NCBI GenBank assembly: GCA_035528415.1
Contig: DATKYQ010000002.1
Location: 8,176-72,175 of the forward strand
From: Myxococcota bacterium
GTDB lineage: Bacteria; Myxococcota; B64-G9
Direction of reading: 5' to 3'
DNA: 64,000 bases
The notes beneath the pieces are model-generated. The model did not search any database and was not told the origin of the DNA. It saw only the letters and a program-made list of their open reading frames with translations. Position 1 is the first letter of the stretch; each line of letters starts with the position of its first letter. A program made the translations under genes and the position numbers. Below are positions 18,479-32,374 of the stretch, piece after piece.

Positions 18479-19651
18479 ATGGCCATCCGCTTCATCGAGG
18501 ATCTGCCGATCGGCGGCCGGCGCACCTTCATCCGCGTCGACTTCAACGTGCCGCTCGAAGGCTCCCGTATTAGTGATGACACACGGGTGCGCGCGGTGCT
18601 GCCCACCGTGCGCCACGCGGTGGCGCGCGGTGCGCGGGTGATCCTGGCCTCGCACCTGGGACGCCCCAAGGGCAAGCGGGTGGATAGCCTGCGCCTCGAG
18701 CCGGTCGGCGCGCTCCTGGCCGAGCTGCTCGAACTGGAAGTGATCGCCGCCGACGACTGTGTCGGGGACGGGGCCAGGAAGCTTGCGAACGATCTGCGGG
18801 ACGGACAGGTGTTGCTGCTCGAAAACCTTCGTTTCCATCCCGAGGAGAAGGCCAACGACCCGGCCTTTTCGAAGAAGCTCGCCGATCTGGCCGAGATATA
18901 TATAAACGACGCCTTCGGCACGGTCCACCGGGCCCACGCCTCGATCGCCGGCATGGTCGGCTACTTCGAGGAAAAGGGAGTCGGCTACTTGATTCGCAAG
19001 GAGCTCAGGTTTCTGGGCGAGACGCTCGGCAAGCCCGCCAGGCCGTTTCTGGCCGTGCTCGGCGGCGCCAAGGTGTCAGATAAAATTGGCGTGATAGCGA
19101 GCCTGCTGACCAAGGCGGACGCCGTGCTGATAGGCGGGGCGATGGCCTACACTTTTCTCAAGGCCCGCGGTGACGAAGTAGGGCAATCGCGTGTCGAGAA
19201 CGACAAGTTGCGCAAGGCGTCCGAGCTTCTCGCTATGGCCCGCGAGCGCGACGTCGAGTTGCTCTTGCCGGTCGATCACGTCGTGGCCGCCGGCCCCGAT
19301 GCCGAATCGGGCGAAGTGGTTGCCGGCGCGATTCCACCAAACAGGATGGGGCTGGACATCGGACCGCAGACGATCGAACTTTTCGCTTCGCGCCTGCAGA
19401 ACGCCAAGACCGTATTCTGGAACGGGCCAATGGGTGTCTTCGAGAAGGAACCCTTCGCGGAGGGTACCTTCGCCGTCGCCCGGGCACTGGCCGAGTCACA
19501 GGCGATATCGATAGTCGGAGGCGGCGACTCGGCCGCGGCGGTCGCGCGGGCCGGGTTGACGGACAAAATGTCGCACATTTCTACCGGTGGCGGGGCCAGC
19601 CTGGAATTTGTCGAGGGCAAGGTGTTGCCGGGTATTGCCGCGCTCGAGTAA
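18479..19651 (+). CDS. pgk: Phosphoglycerate kinase
   Basis: Canonical PGK motifs ([23 protein letters not shown]). Confidence 0.95.
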   Translation: MAIRFIEDLPIGGRRTFIRVDFNVPLEGSRISDDTRVRAVLPTVRHAVARGARVILASHLGRPKGKRVDSLRLEPVGALLAELLELEVIAADDCVGDGARKLANDLRDGQVLLLENLRFHPEEKANDPAFSKKLADLAEIYINDAFGTVHRAHASIAGMVGYFEEKGVGYLIRKELRFLGETLGKPARPFLAVLGGAKVSDKIGVIASLLTKADAVLIGGAMAYTFLKARGDEVGQSRVENDKLRKASELLAMARERDVELLLPVDHVVAAGPDAESGEVVAGAIPPNRMGLDIGPQTIELFASRLQNAKTVFWNGPMGVFEKEPFAEGTFAVARALAESQAISIVGGGDSAAAVARAGLTDKMSHISTGGGASLEFVEGKVLPGIAALE

Positions 19652-19678
19652 TAGGACCGGGCGCCGGAGGAAGTTATA

Positions 19679-20434
19679 ATGAGAAAGCCGTTCATTGCCG
19701 GAAACTGGAAGATGAATCTCGACTCACGCGCGGCCGCGGAACTTGCCGGCCGGATTCTCGAAGCCGCCGGGTCGCTCGACACTGTGGACGTCGCGGTGGC
19801 TCCCGTGGCCACCTCGTTGCCGGCAGTGCTTGAGGTGCTTGCGGGCAGTCGCATCGGCGTCGCGGCGCAGAATTGCCACTGGGAGCAATCGGGCGCATTC
19901 ACCGGCGAGGTCTCGGCCGAGATGGTCGCCGAGATCGGCTGTTCACACGTCATCATCGGACACTCAGAGCGCCGCCAGTTCTTCGGCGAGACCGACGAGA
20001 CCGTCAACAAGAAGCTCAAGGCCGCGTACAGGGCGCATCTTTCACCGATAGTCTGCATGGGCGAGACTCTCGAACAGCGCGAGGCCGGCGCCACAATGCA
20101 GGTGGTTTCCAGCCAGCTCAAGGGTGCGCTTAGCGACATCACTCCCGAGCAGGCGCGCGGGCTGACGCTGGCCTACGAGCCGATCTGGGCCATCGGCACC
20201 GGCCGCACGGCGACTCCCGATCAGGCACAGGAGGTGCATGCATTTCTCAGGGGCCGGCTGGCCAAGATGTATACCGAAGAACTGGCCGGGGCGATGCGCA
20301 TCCAGTACGGCGGCAGCGTCAAGCCGTCCAACGTTCGTGAACTGATGTCCCGGCCCGATATCGACGGCGCGCTTGTCGGCGGCGCGAGCTTGAAAGCCGA
20401 GAGTTTTGCGGGCATACTGAACTTTCAGGGTTGA
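19679..20434 (+). CDS. tpiA: Triosephosphate isomerase
   Basis: [26 protein letters not shown] motifs. Confidence 0.95.
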   Translation: MRKPFIAGNWKMNLDSRAAAELAGRILEAAGSLDTVDVAVAPVATSLPAVLEVLAGSRIGVAAQNCHWEQSGAFTGEVSAEMVAEIGCSHVIIGHSERRQFFGETDETVNKKLKAAYRAHLSPIVCMGETLEQREAGATMQVVSSQLKGALSDITPEQARGLTLAYEPIWAIGTGRTATPDQAQEVHAFLRGRLAKMYTEELAGAMRIQYGGSVKPSNVRELMSRPDIDGALVGGASLKAESFAGILNFQG

Positions 20435-20464
20435 TCTTCAACCGCAGCGCAAGGAGCAGAAGAA

Positions 20465-20833
20465 ATGTATACCTTCCTGGTGATCATTCACGTCTTCGTC
20501 TCGCTGATTTTGATCATGGTGGTGCTGCTGCAGTCGGGCAAGGGCGCCAGCATGGGCGCCGCCTTCGGCGGCGGCGGCCAGACAATGTTCGGCTCCCGCG
20601 GGCAGGCCTCGTTCATAGAGAAGCTGACGGTCGGCGCGGCCGTGCTGTTCATGGTGCTATCGGTGGTGCTGGCCACGCTCTCGGCCCGTAGCGGCTCAGA
20701 CCTGGAAAGCGATGTACCGCCAGGAGTGGAAGCAGGCATGCTTCCGGATGAACAGAAGCCCGCGGCCAAGGCCGAGCCTGAGCCGACAGACAAGCCTGCC
20801 GCAGAACCCGCCGAAGCACCGGCGAAGTCATAA
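20465..20833 (+). CDS. secG: Preprotein translocase subunit SecG
   Basis: LLQSGKG...FGGGG signature with two TM helices. Conserved gap-pgk-tpiA-secG synteny. Confidence 0.85.
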   Translation: MYTFLVIIHVFVSLILIMVVLLQSGKGASMGAAFGGGGQTMFGSRGQASFIEKLTVGAAVLFMVLSVVLATLSARSGSDLESDVPPGVEAGMLPDEQKPAAKAEPEPTDKPAAEPAEAPAKS

Positions 20834-20862
20834 GCAACGAAGGCGGGAAAGACGAACTAACC

Positions 20863-21345
20863 TCAAGGATTGCCGATCGGAACCTGTAGCCCGCTGGCGG
20901 TGGTTGTGGTGGGTGACTGGGGTACCTGGAACTTCTCGCCCTTCTTGAGCGTGATCACGGCCAGCTTCACGATGCCGGCGGTATGGACGGTGTCTATTAC
21001 CTTTACCGACTCGCCGTAGTTGGCCTCGGGGTCTATGTTGAGGAAGATCGTCTTCTCGCGCCGGTTCTTGAAAATCTCGGCAAGTTTATTGCCAAGCTCT
21101 TGGCGGTTTACCTTGTTCTGGTTCAGGAAGACCGAGTTGTCCTTGGTGAAGGTCAAGACTACCTGGTCCTGGGTGACGTCGGGGGGCAGGTCGACCTCGG
21201 CCTTCTTGGGCACGTCGAGCCTGTGCTGCATCAGCATCATCGGGGTAACCACCATGAAGATGATCAACAACACCAACAGGATGTCGATCAGCGGAGTGAC
21301 GTTCATGTCCGACGAGACACCCCTTTTTCCAACCTGCATGGACAT
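20863..21345 (-). CDS. exbD: Biopolymer transport protein ExbD/TolR
   Basis: NVTPLIDILLVLLIIFMV TM segment typical of ExbD/TolR. Confidence 0.85.
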   Translation of the reverse strand: MSMQVGKRGVSSDMNVTPLIDILLVLLIIFMVVTPMMLMQHRLDVPKKAEVDLPPDVTQDQVVLTFTKDNSVFLNQNKVNRQELGNKLAEIFKNRREKTIFLNIDPEANYGESVKVIDTVHTAGIVKLAVITLKKGEKFQVPQSPTTTTASGLQVPIGNP

Positions 21346-21348
21346 GTA

Positions 21349-21786
<438 letters not shown>

Positions 21787-21821
21787 TGCCGGACACTCTC
21801 CGTTTGAGGGTCAGTCGGGCG

Positions 21822-22562
21822 CTAGGCCCTGGCGCCGGCCGGAGCGCCGGCCGTGGCCGGCGGTTGGACAGCCGGCCGCTTCTCTTTCGTTTTCACGAGC
21901 ACATCGAGAATCTCGATGGCGGATTCGTTGGTGTCCACCTGCAGGGTCTCCACCTGGCTGGTAAAGAAGTTGTAGAGCAGCACCGCGATGATGGCCACGC
22001 CGATACCGGCTCCGGTGGTCACCAGCGCCTCGGCGATGCCGGCCGAAACGGCGCCCAGGCCGCCGCTACCCTCGGCCGCCATGCCCTGGAAAGAGTTGAT
22101 TATGCCGAAAACCGTGCCGAACAAACCGACGAAGGGCGCTGTCGAGCCGACCGTGGCCAGGCCGGCCATGCCGCGCCGCAAGCCGGCCATCTCGCGCGCA
22201 CCCGATTTCTCGATGGCCCTGTTGACAGCGCCGAGCACATCGTAACCCGGCGGGCTGCCCTTGGCGTCGGCCTCGATCATGCTGCCCTTGATGAACTCCA
22301 TCAGTCCCGAGCGAATCACCTTGGCGATGTGGCTCTGCTTGAACTGCAAAGCCGCGTCGGCGGCCTCGCGGAACTTGCCCTGGGCGAGCAGATCCTGGAT
22401 CAGCATGGCATAGGCCCGCGACTGCGCCTTGGCCTTGACAAAGACGATCATCCGCTCGATGGACACGGCCACGACGTAGATGGACATGACTCCAAGGATC
22501 GAGACCACTCCCTTGGCGATGAAACCCATCCGGGCCCACATCTCGGGTATGGTGAAATCCAT
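21822..22562 (-). CDS. exbB: MotA/TolQ/ExbB proton-channel family protein
   Basis: Three TM helices. Conserved ExbB C-terminal region (GIAEALVTTGAGIGVAIIAV). Confidence 0.85.
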   Translation of the reverse strand: MDFTIPEMWARMGFIAKGVVSILGVMSIYVVAVSIERMIVFVKAKAQSRAYAMLIQDLLAQGKFREAADAALQFKQSHIAKVIRSGLMEFIKGSMIEADAKGSPPGYDVLGAVNRAIEKSGAREMAGLRRGMAGLATVGSTAPFVGLFGTVFGIINSFQGMAAEGSGGLGAVSAGIAEALVTTGAGIGVAIIAVLLYNFFTSQVETLQVDTNESAIEILDVLVKTKEKRPAVQPPATAGAPAGARA

Positions 22563-22595
22563 GTTAACCTCCTGCCTGACTGTTTTGGCCTCCGG

Positions 22596-23339
<744 letters not shown>

Positions 23340-23396
23340 GTTCGCACCTCGCTTCGAATGTTCGCCCGCAGGCGGCTCTGGTATGCAAGCTCCGCC

Positions 23397-24458
23397 TCAT
23401 TGGACGTTCGAAGCGGCCGGTTGGTTGCCGGCCGTAGAGGTTTCCTTCTTCTCGTCTTTTTTGCCCGCCTCGGCCTTTTTCTGGGCCTCGGCCTCCTTTT
23501 TGCGCTCGCCCAGGATCTTGCCTGCTTCTACCCGCAGGTCGTAGGCCAGCTGGCCGTCCCAGGTGCGCGCCACCTCCTCGGTTTCGTACAGCATGCGCTT
23601 GAGGTAAAGCAGGTTGGCGTAAACCATGGCCTCGGCATAGCTCTCTTTGAGACCAATGGCACGCCTGCATGCCTCGATGCCCTGGTCGGCAAGCTTTAAG
23701 CAAGCCACGGGCCCTTTGAGTTTTTCCGGCTGGTAGTGCAAAAGATTCCAGGCGTAGGTGCCCACCTCGTAGAACAGGACAGCTTTCTTCTTTTGATCTT
23801 CCACAGCCTCGGCCCGGCTCCAGTACCAGTCGACGGCGTCCTGCACCAGGTTACTCTTGTCAGCGATTATGGCCAGGATCTTCATGGTTTCTATGTCGTC
23901 GGGTTTCTTTTCGAGGTCGGGCTGGAAGAACTTCAGGGCGTCCTGGTAGCGCTTGCCGTCGATGAAAAGAGTGATCAGGTACTGGCGCGCCTCGTGGTCC
24001 GCGGGGTTCTTTTCGAGCATCTTCAAGAAAATCTGTTGGGCGCGATCGGCGAGTTTCTTATCATTGGGAGCGGCCGAGAGCAGGATCTTGATAAGGAACA
24101 CCCGCGCATTCTCGTCGTCGGGGTGTTTCTTGAGGTGTTTTTCGAAGGCCTCGGCGGCCAGGGCCGCGGCGTTCTTATCCTGCTCGGACTGCGAGGCAGG
24201 ATCGTAGATGCTGAAATAGGCGTAGCCCAGGTTGAGGTAGATGTTGGGTGTATCGGCATCGAGGACGACGGCCTGCCTGTACTTCTCGATGGCGCCGCGG
24301 TAGTCGGATGTCTTGTAAAGCGCGTTGCCATCGCGCGCTATCTTTCGGGCACTAATGGTGTCGAACACCCCGCAGGCACCCAGCTCGGCACTCAGGGCCG
24401 AAATGACGAGGATCATCAGGTAATGTCTTGGCGCCGGCATCGCGTTTTCCATATCCAT
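23397..24458 (-). CDS. Tetratricopeptide-repeat lipoprotein (Ton-operon associated)
   Basis: Start chosen at MDMENAM... (signal plus ELGAC lipobox). Multiple TPR repeats. Co-oriented with exbB-exbD-exbD-tonB. Confidence 0.65.
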   Translation of the reverse strand: MDMENAMPAPRHYLMILVISALSAELGACGVFDTISARKIARDGNALYKTSDYRGAIEKYRQAVVLDADTPNIYLNLGYAYFSIYDPASQSEQDKNAAALAAEAFEKHLKKHPDDENARVFLIKILLSAAPNDKKLADRAQQIFLKMLEKNPADHEARQYLITLFIDGKRYQDALKFFQPDLEKKPDDIETMKILAIIADKSNLVQDAVDWYWSRAEAVEDQKKKAVLFYEVGTYAWNLLHYQPEKLKGPVACLKLADQGIEACRRAIGLKESYAEAMVYANLLYLKRMLYETEEVARTWDGQLAYDLRVEAGKILGERKKEAEAQKKAEAGKKDEKKETSTAGNQPAASNVQ

Positions 24459-24684
24459 ATGCGATTTTTTCGTACCGAGGTAATAGCCATTTTCTAAGCA
24501 GCATGCAAGAAAAAATTTGCATTGCCCACTGAATGGCGATCGTGCCGGTATAAAATGGACGAATTTACTTGCATAGGGGTGTGGAGATATGGTACGCGCG
24601 CTGTTCATGGCATGATTATTGTTGAGTTGGTGCTTAGCTCATTGTTTTGTAAATGAATTGTTTTTTTCGAACCCAAACTCGGAG

Positions 24685-29346
<4,662 letters not shown>

Positions 29347-29375
29347 AGCGCCTGAGATATGAAAGGAGGCCCAAG

Positions 29376-32087
29376 GTGAAACGAAATCGAATCACGACCC
29401 TGGCGTCGGTTTTGGTTGTCTTGCTTTCAGTTGCCCTGGCCATGCCCGCGCTGGCGGATCAGACCGGCAAGATGAAAGGAACCGTCTATGACCCCGACGG
29501 CGTGCCCTTGGCGGGCGTGACCGTCACTATCAGCAGCAAGAACATGATGGGCAAGAGAAAGATCCAGACATCCGAGGAAGGCAGTTTTCTGTTCTTCGGC
29601 CTGCCCCCCGGCAAGTACTCCATCGAGATCGAGCAATCGGGTTTCTTGCCATTCAAACAGGAGCAACTGATCATCAACATCGGCGGCACGGCCTCGCTCG
29701 ACATCCTGCTCGAGGTGCCCACCGCCGAGGAAACCGTGGTGGTCACCGCCAAGCGGCCGGTGGTCGACAAGGAAAAGACCAGCCTGGGCCAGAACTTCGA
29801 CGACGAGTTCCTCGAGGAGGTCCCGGTGGCGCGTAGTTACCAGAGCGTCGCCCAGCTGGCCCCGGGCGTGGTCGGCGGTTCCAACCCCAACGTCCACGGC
29901 GGCTCGCTGTACGGCAACCAGTACCTGGTTGACGGCGTCAACACCACCGACCCCTCGACCAACACCTTCGCCGCCAACTTCAACTACGACGCCATCAAGG
30001 AAGTCCAGGTGTTGACCGGCGGGCTGGATGCCGAGTACGGCCAGGCCACCGGCGGGATCATCAACCTGGTTACCAAGAGCGGCGGCAACGAGTTTCACGC
30101 CGACACCTCGTTCTACATGACTCCCGACTGGCTGCGCCTGCGCGAAGACTTCGAGAAGGACACCGTGGGCGAGTCGAATGCCTACAACTTCAACCTCAAT
30201 GCCGGCGGCCCGATCATCAAGGACAAGCTGTGGTACTTCGCATCGGTGCAGTTCAACTACAGTAAGTCGTTCATCGCCCCGACCGAGAACTTCTTCGACC
30301 CGACCGATCCCGATCTATACCAGCACCCGGGCCAAAGATGGCTGAGCTTCTACTACCTGGGCAAGCTGACCTACCAGATGACCGACAAGCACAAGCTGAC
30401 CTTCATGTTCCAGGGCGACCCGGCCTGGATCGACAACGTCTCGCAGGGGTCCACCATTGCTCCCGAGGCAGAGGAGAAGCGCTACCAGTTCGGCGGTTTC
30501 TACTCCCTGGCCTGGGAGGCGCTGTGGTCCAAGAACCTGTTCCAGCGCACCCAGGTCGGCCTGATGCGCTCGGGCATGAAGCAGTCGCCGATGTCGGGCT
30601 GTACCGATGTGGACAACCCCGACTGCCGGGCCCACTCTGACGCGGACACCGGGCTGAGCACCGGCAACTACACGCGCAACTCGATCGATCACCGCTGGCG
30701 GCTGCAGGTCGACTCGGCCTGGACCTACTACCTGGACGACTTTCTGGGCGACCATGAGATCAAGGCCGGCTGGAACTTCGCCCGTACCTGGTCTGATTGG
30801 GATTTCAAGTATAACGGCGGCGGCATGTACACCGACAAGAGCGGGCGGCCCTACCGCTTCACAGAAATCGTCCCCGACCCGGTCACGGGCAGAAAAGGCT
30901 TTTTGACCGAGGACATCGGCTACACGCTGGGCGTCTTTTTGCAGGACTCCTGGAAGATTTTCAAGACCTTGACCTTCAAGCCGGGTGTGCGCATCGACTA
31001 CGTGCGCATGGGGGGCAAGGAGGGCACCACGGTGGAATACGCCGCGGCCAGCCCGCGCATCAACCTGGTCTGGGACGCCACCGGCGACGGCAAGACCGTC
31101 GTCAGGGCCGGTTACAACCGCTACGTCGATCCCGGCTGGTTCAACGTGTCTTCCTTCCTGGGCAACAAACAGGCCTGGACGCGCACCATGGAGTACAACC
31201 CGGCCACGCAGCAGTATGACATCTTCTTCTCCGAGTCCAATAACCCCAACGAGCAGTCCGGGGTGATCGGCTCGACCAACAACACCGCCCCGCACTCCGA
31301 CGAGTTCTCGGTGCAGGTCGAGCGCGAGTTGTTCACCGACTTCTCGCTGGGGATCAACGGGATCTACCGCGAGTTCAAGTACCTGTTCGAGGACGTCGAG
31401 GTCAACGAAATCTGGAACCAGGACGGCTCGGACCTGATCGGCTACAAGAGCTCGCGCGAGAACTACATCTACCAGACCCAGAACCCGCGCGAGGCCTGGC
31501 GGCGTTACTGGGGCTTCGAGGTCGTGGCCCGTAAGGCCTTCAGCGACAACTGGCAGATGAACGCCTCGTACACATACTCGCGCTCAATGGGCGCGCCCGA
31601 GGGTTACTGGTCTTCCTACATGGACAACCCCCGACAGGATTCCTATATGTGGAGCTTTGCCTCGTTCGACCGGCGGCACGTGATCAAGATCGACGGCTCC
31701 TACCACCTGCCCTGGGGCGTCGAGTTGGGCGCCAGCGTTTGGTGGGCCACGGGCGCTCCCTACTCGAAGTACTTCAAGGACAGCTACTACGGGGCGTACT
31801 ACATGCTGCAAGCCCCGGCCGGATTCGACCCTGATCACCGGGGCAACGAGTACTGGAACCGCACCCCGGACGTTATGTACATCAGCCTGAAGATAGTCTG
31901 GGATCTGAAGGAGCTGACCGGCCAGCAGATCGACATCATCGGCTATGTCAACGATGTCCTGAACCTGCGCTACAAGACCGACCTCGAGACCAGCGCCTAT
32001 CCCGCGGGCAGCGCCCGCGAGTATGGCAAGTACTACGGTCTGGGCAGCGGCCTGTCGGCACAACTCGGCCTTCGTTACCGCTACTAG
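29376..32087 (+). CDS. Oar-like TonB-dependent outer-membrane receptor with N-terminal carboxypeptidase-regulatory-like domain
   Basis: GTG start with AAGGAGG RBS. Signal peptide. CarboxypepD_reg-like domain (GTVYDPDGVPLAGVTVTISS...GKYSIEIEQSGF). TonB-dependent receptor plug and barrel. C-terminal ...GLRYRY aromatic terminus. Confidence 0.85.
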   Translation: MKRNRITTLASVLVVLLSVALAMPALADQTGKMKGTVYDPDGVPLAGVTVTISSKNMMGKRKIQTSEEGSFLFFGLPPGKYSIEIEQSGFLPFKQEQLIINIGGTASLDILLEVPTAEETVVVTAKRPVVDKEKTSLGQNFDDEFLEEVPVARSYQSVAQLAPGVVGGSNPNVHGGSLYGNQYLVDGVNTTDPSTNTFAANFNYDAIKEVQVLTGGLDAEYGQATGGIINLVTKSGGNEFHADTSFYMTPDWLRLREDFEKDTVGESNAYNFNLNAGGPIIKDKLWYFASVQFNYSKSFIAPTENFFDPTDPDLYQHPGQRWLSFYYLGKLTYQMTDKHKLTFMFQGDPAWIDNVSQGSTIAPEAEEKRYQFGGFYSLAWEALWSKNLFQRTQVGLMRSGMKQSPMSGCTDVDNPDCRAHSDADTGLSTGNYTRNSIDHRWRLQVDSAWTYYLDDFLGDHEIKAGWNFARTWSDWDFKYNGGGMYTDKSGRPYRFTEIVPDPVTGRKGFLTEDIGYTLGVFLQDSWKIFKTLTFKPGVRIDYVRMGGKEGTTVEYAAASPRINLVWDATGDGKTVVRAGYNRYVDPGWFNVSSFLGNKQAWTRTMEYNPATQQYDIFFSESNNPNEQSGVIGSTNNTAPHSDEFSVQVERELFTDFSLGINGIYREFKYLFEDVEVNEIWNQDGSDLIGYKSSRENYIYQTQNPREAWRRYWGFEVVARKAFSDNWQMNASYTYSRSMGAPEGYWSSYMDNPRQDSYMWSFASFDRRHVIKIDGSYHLPWGVELGASVWWATGAPYSKYFKDSYYGAYYMLQAPAGFDPDHRGNEYWNRTPDVMYISLKIVWDLKELTGQQIDIIGYVNDVLNLRYKTDLETSAYPAGSAREYGKYYGLGSGLSAQLGLRYRY

Positions 32088-32109
32088 CTAGGCACGCTAA
32101 CCGCTCAAA

Positions 32110-32141
32110 GGCCGCCCCCCTGACGGGGGACGGCCTTTTTT
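32110..32141 (+). terminator. Rho-independent terminator
   Basis: GGCCGCCCCCC-TGAC-GGGGGACGGCC hairpin (10 bp, one mismatch) followed by TTTTTTATTT, 22 nt after the TBDT stop. Confidence 0.8.
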
Positions 32142-32201
32142 ATTTGCCTGGGGAACGCGGCTGTGCTAGGAAAGCGCCTGGTCTCAACAGGCGGAGGTCG
32201 T

Positions 32202-32283
32202 GCCCAGGTGGTGGAAACGGTATACACGTACGTTTGAGGGGCGTATGGGGTAACCCTTGCGGGTTCGAGTCCCGCCCTGGGCA
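32202..32283 (+). tRNA. tRNA-Leu (anticodon GAG), class II, CCA not encoded
   Basis: Manual cloverleaf fold. 7-bp acceptor GCCCAGG/CCTGGGC. 3-bp D-stem with GG in the loop. Anticodon stem TACGT/GCGTA and loop TTGAGGG (U33, anticodon GAG, G37). 13-nt variable arm with GGG/CCC stem. T-arm GCGGG-TTCGAGT-CCCGC. Discriminator A73 (a Leu identity element). Confidence 0.75.
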
Positions 32284-32290
32284 TCGATTC

Positions 32291-32323
32291 AATCCTCCCT
32301 CCCCCGAAGGGGGAGGGAGGATT
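32291..32323 (+). repeat. Perfect 15-bp inverted repeat (AATCCTCCCTCCCCC-GAA-GGGGGAGGGAGGATT) immediately 3' of tRNA-Leu, no U-tract
   Basis: Seen directly in the sequence. Could be a tRNA 3' processing/terminator hairpin or an integration-site remnant. Confidence 0.6.
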
Positions 32324-32374
32324 CTAGATAAGGCAACTTGCCAAGCCGGCCCCATCTGCGATACGCTCTGCCGC

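Noticed and set aside
24459-24684. Possible Fur box (tgattattgttga) in the divergent Ton / TSP3-TBDT intergenic region
   Set aside because: Only a partial match to the GATAATGATAATCATTATC consensus. Kept as a suggestion inside the cluster finding rather than annotated as a feature.
32150-32330. Possible tmRNA or SRP RNA because of the GGTTCGAGTCC T-loop-like element
   Set aside because: The region folds cleanly as an 82-nt class II tRNA. No tag-peptide reading frame, no GGGG 5' end with G-U alanylation pair, and it is too short for tmRNA.
32144-32374. 5' extension of the long ORF 32144..34834 (six-frame track)
   Set aside because: It reads straight through the rho-independent terminator, the tRNA-Leu gene and the 15-bp hairpin. 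The open frame is coincidental in GC-rich DNA, and the real CDS most plausibly starts at ATG 32375.
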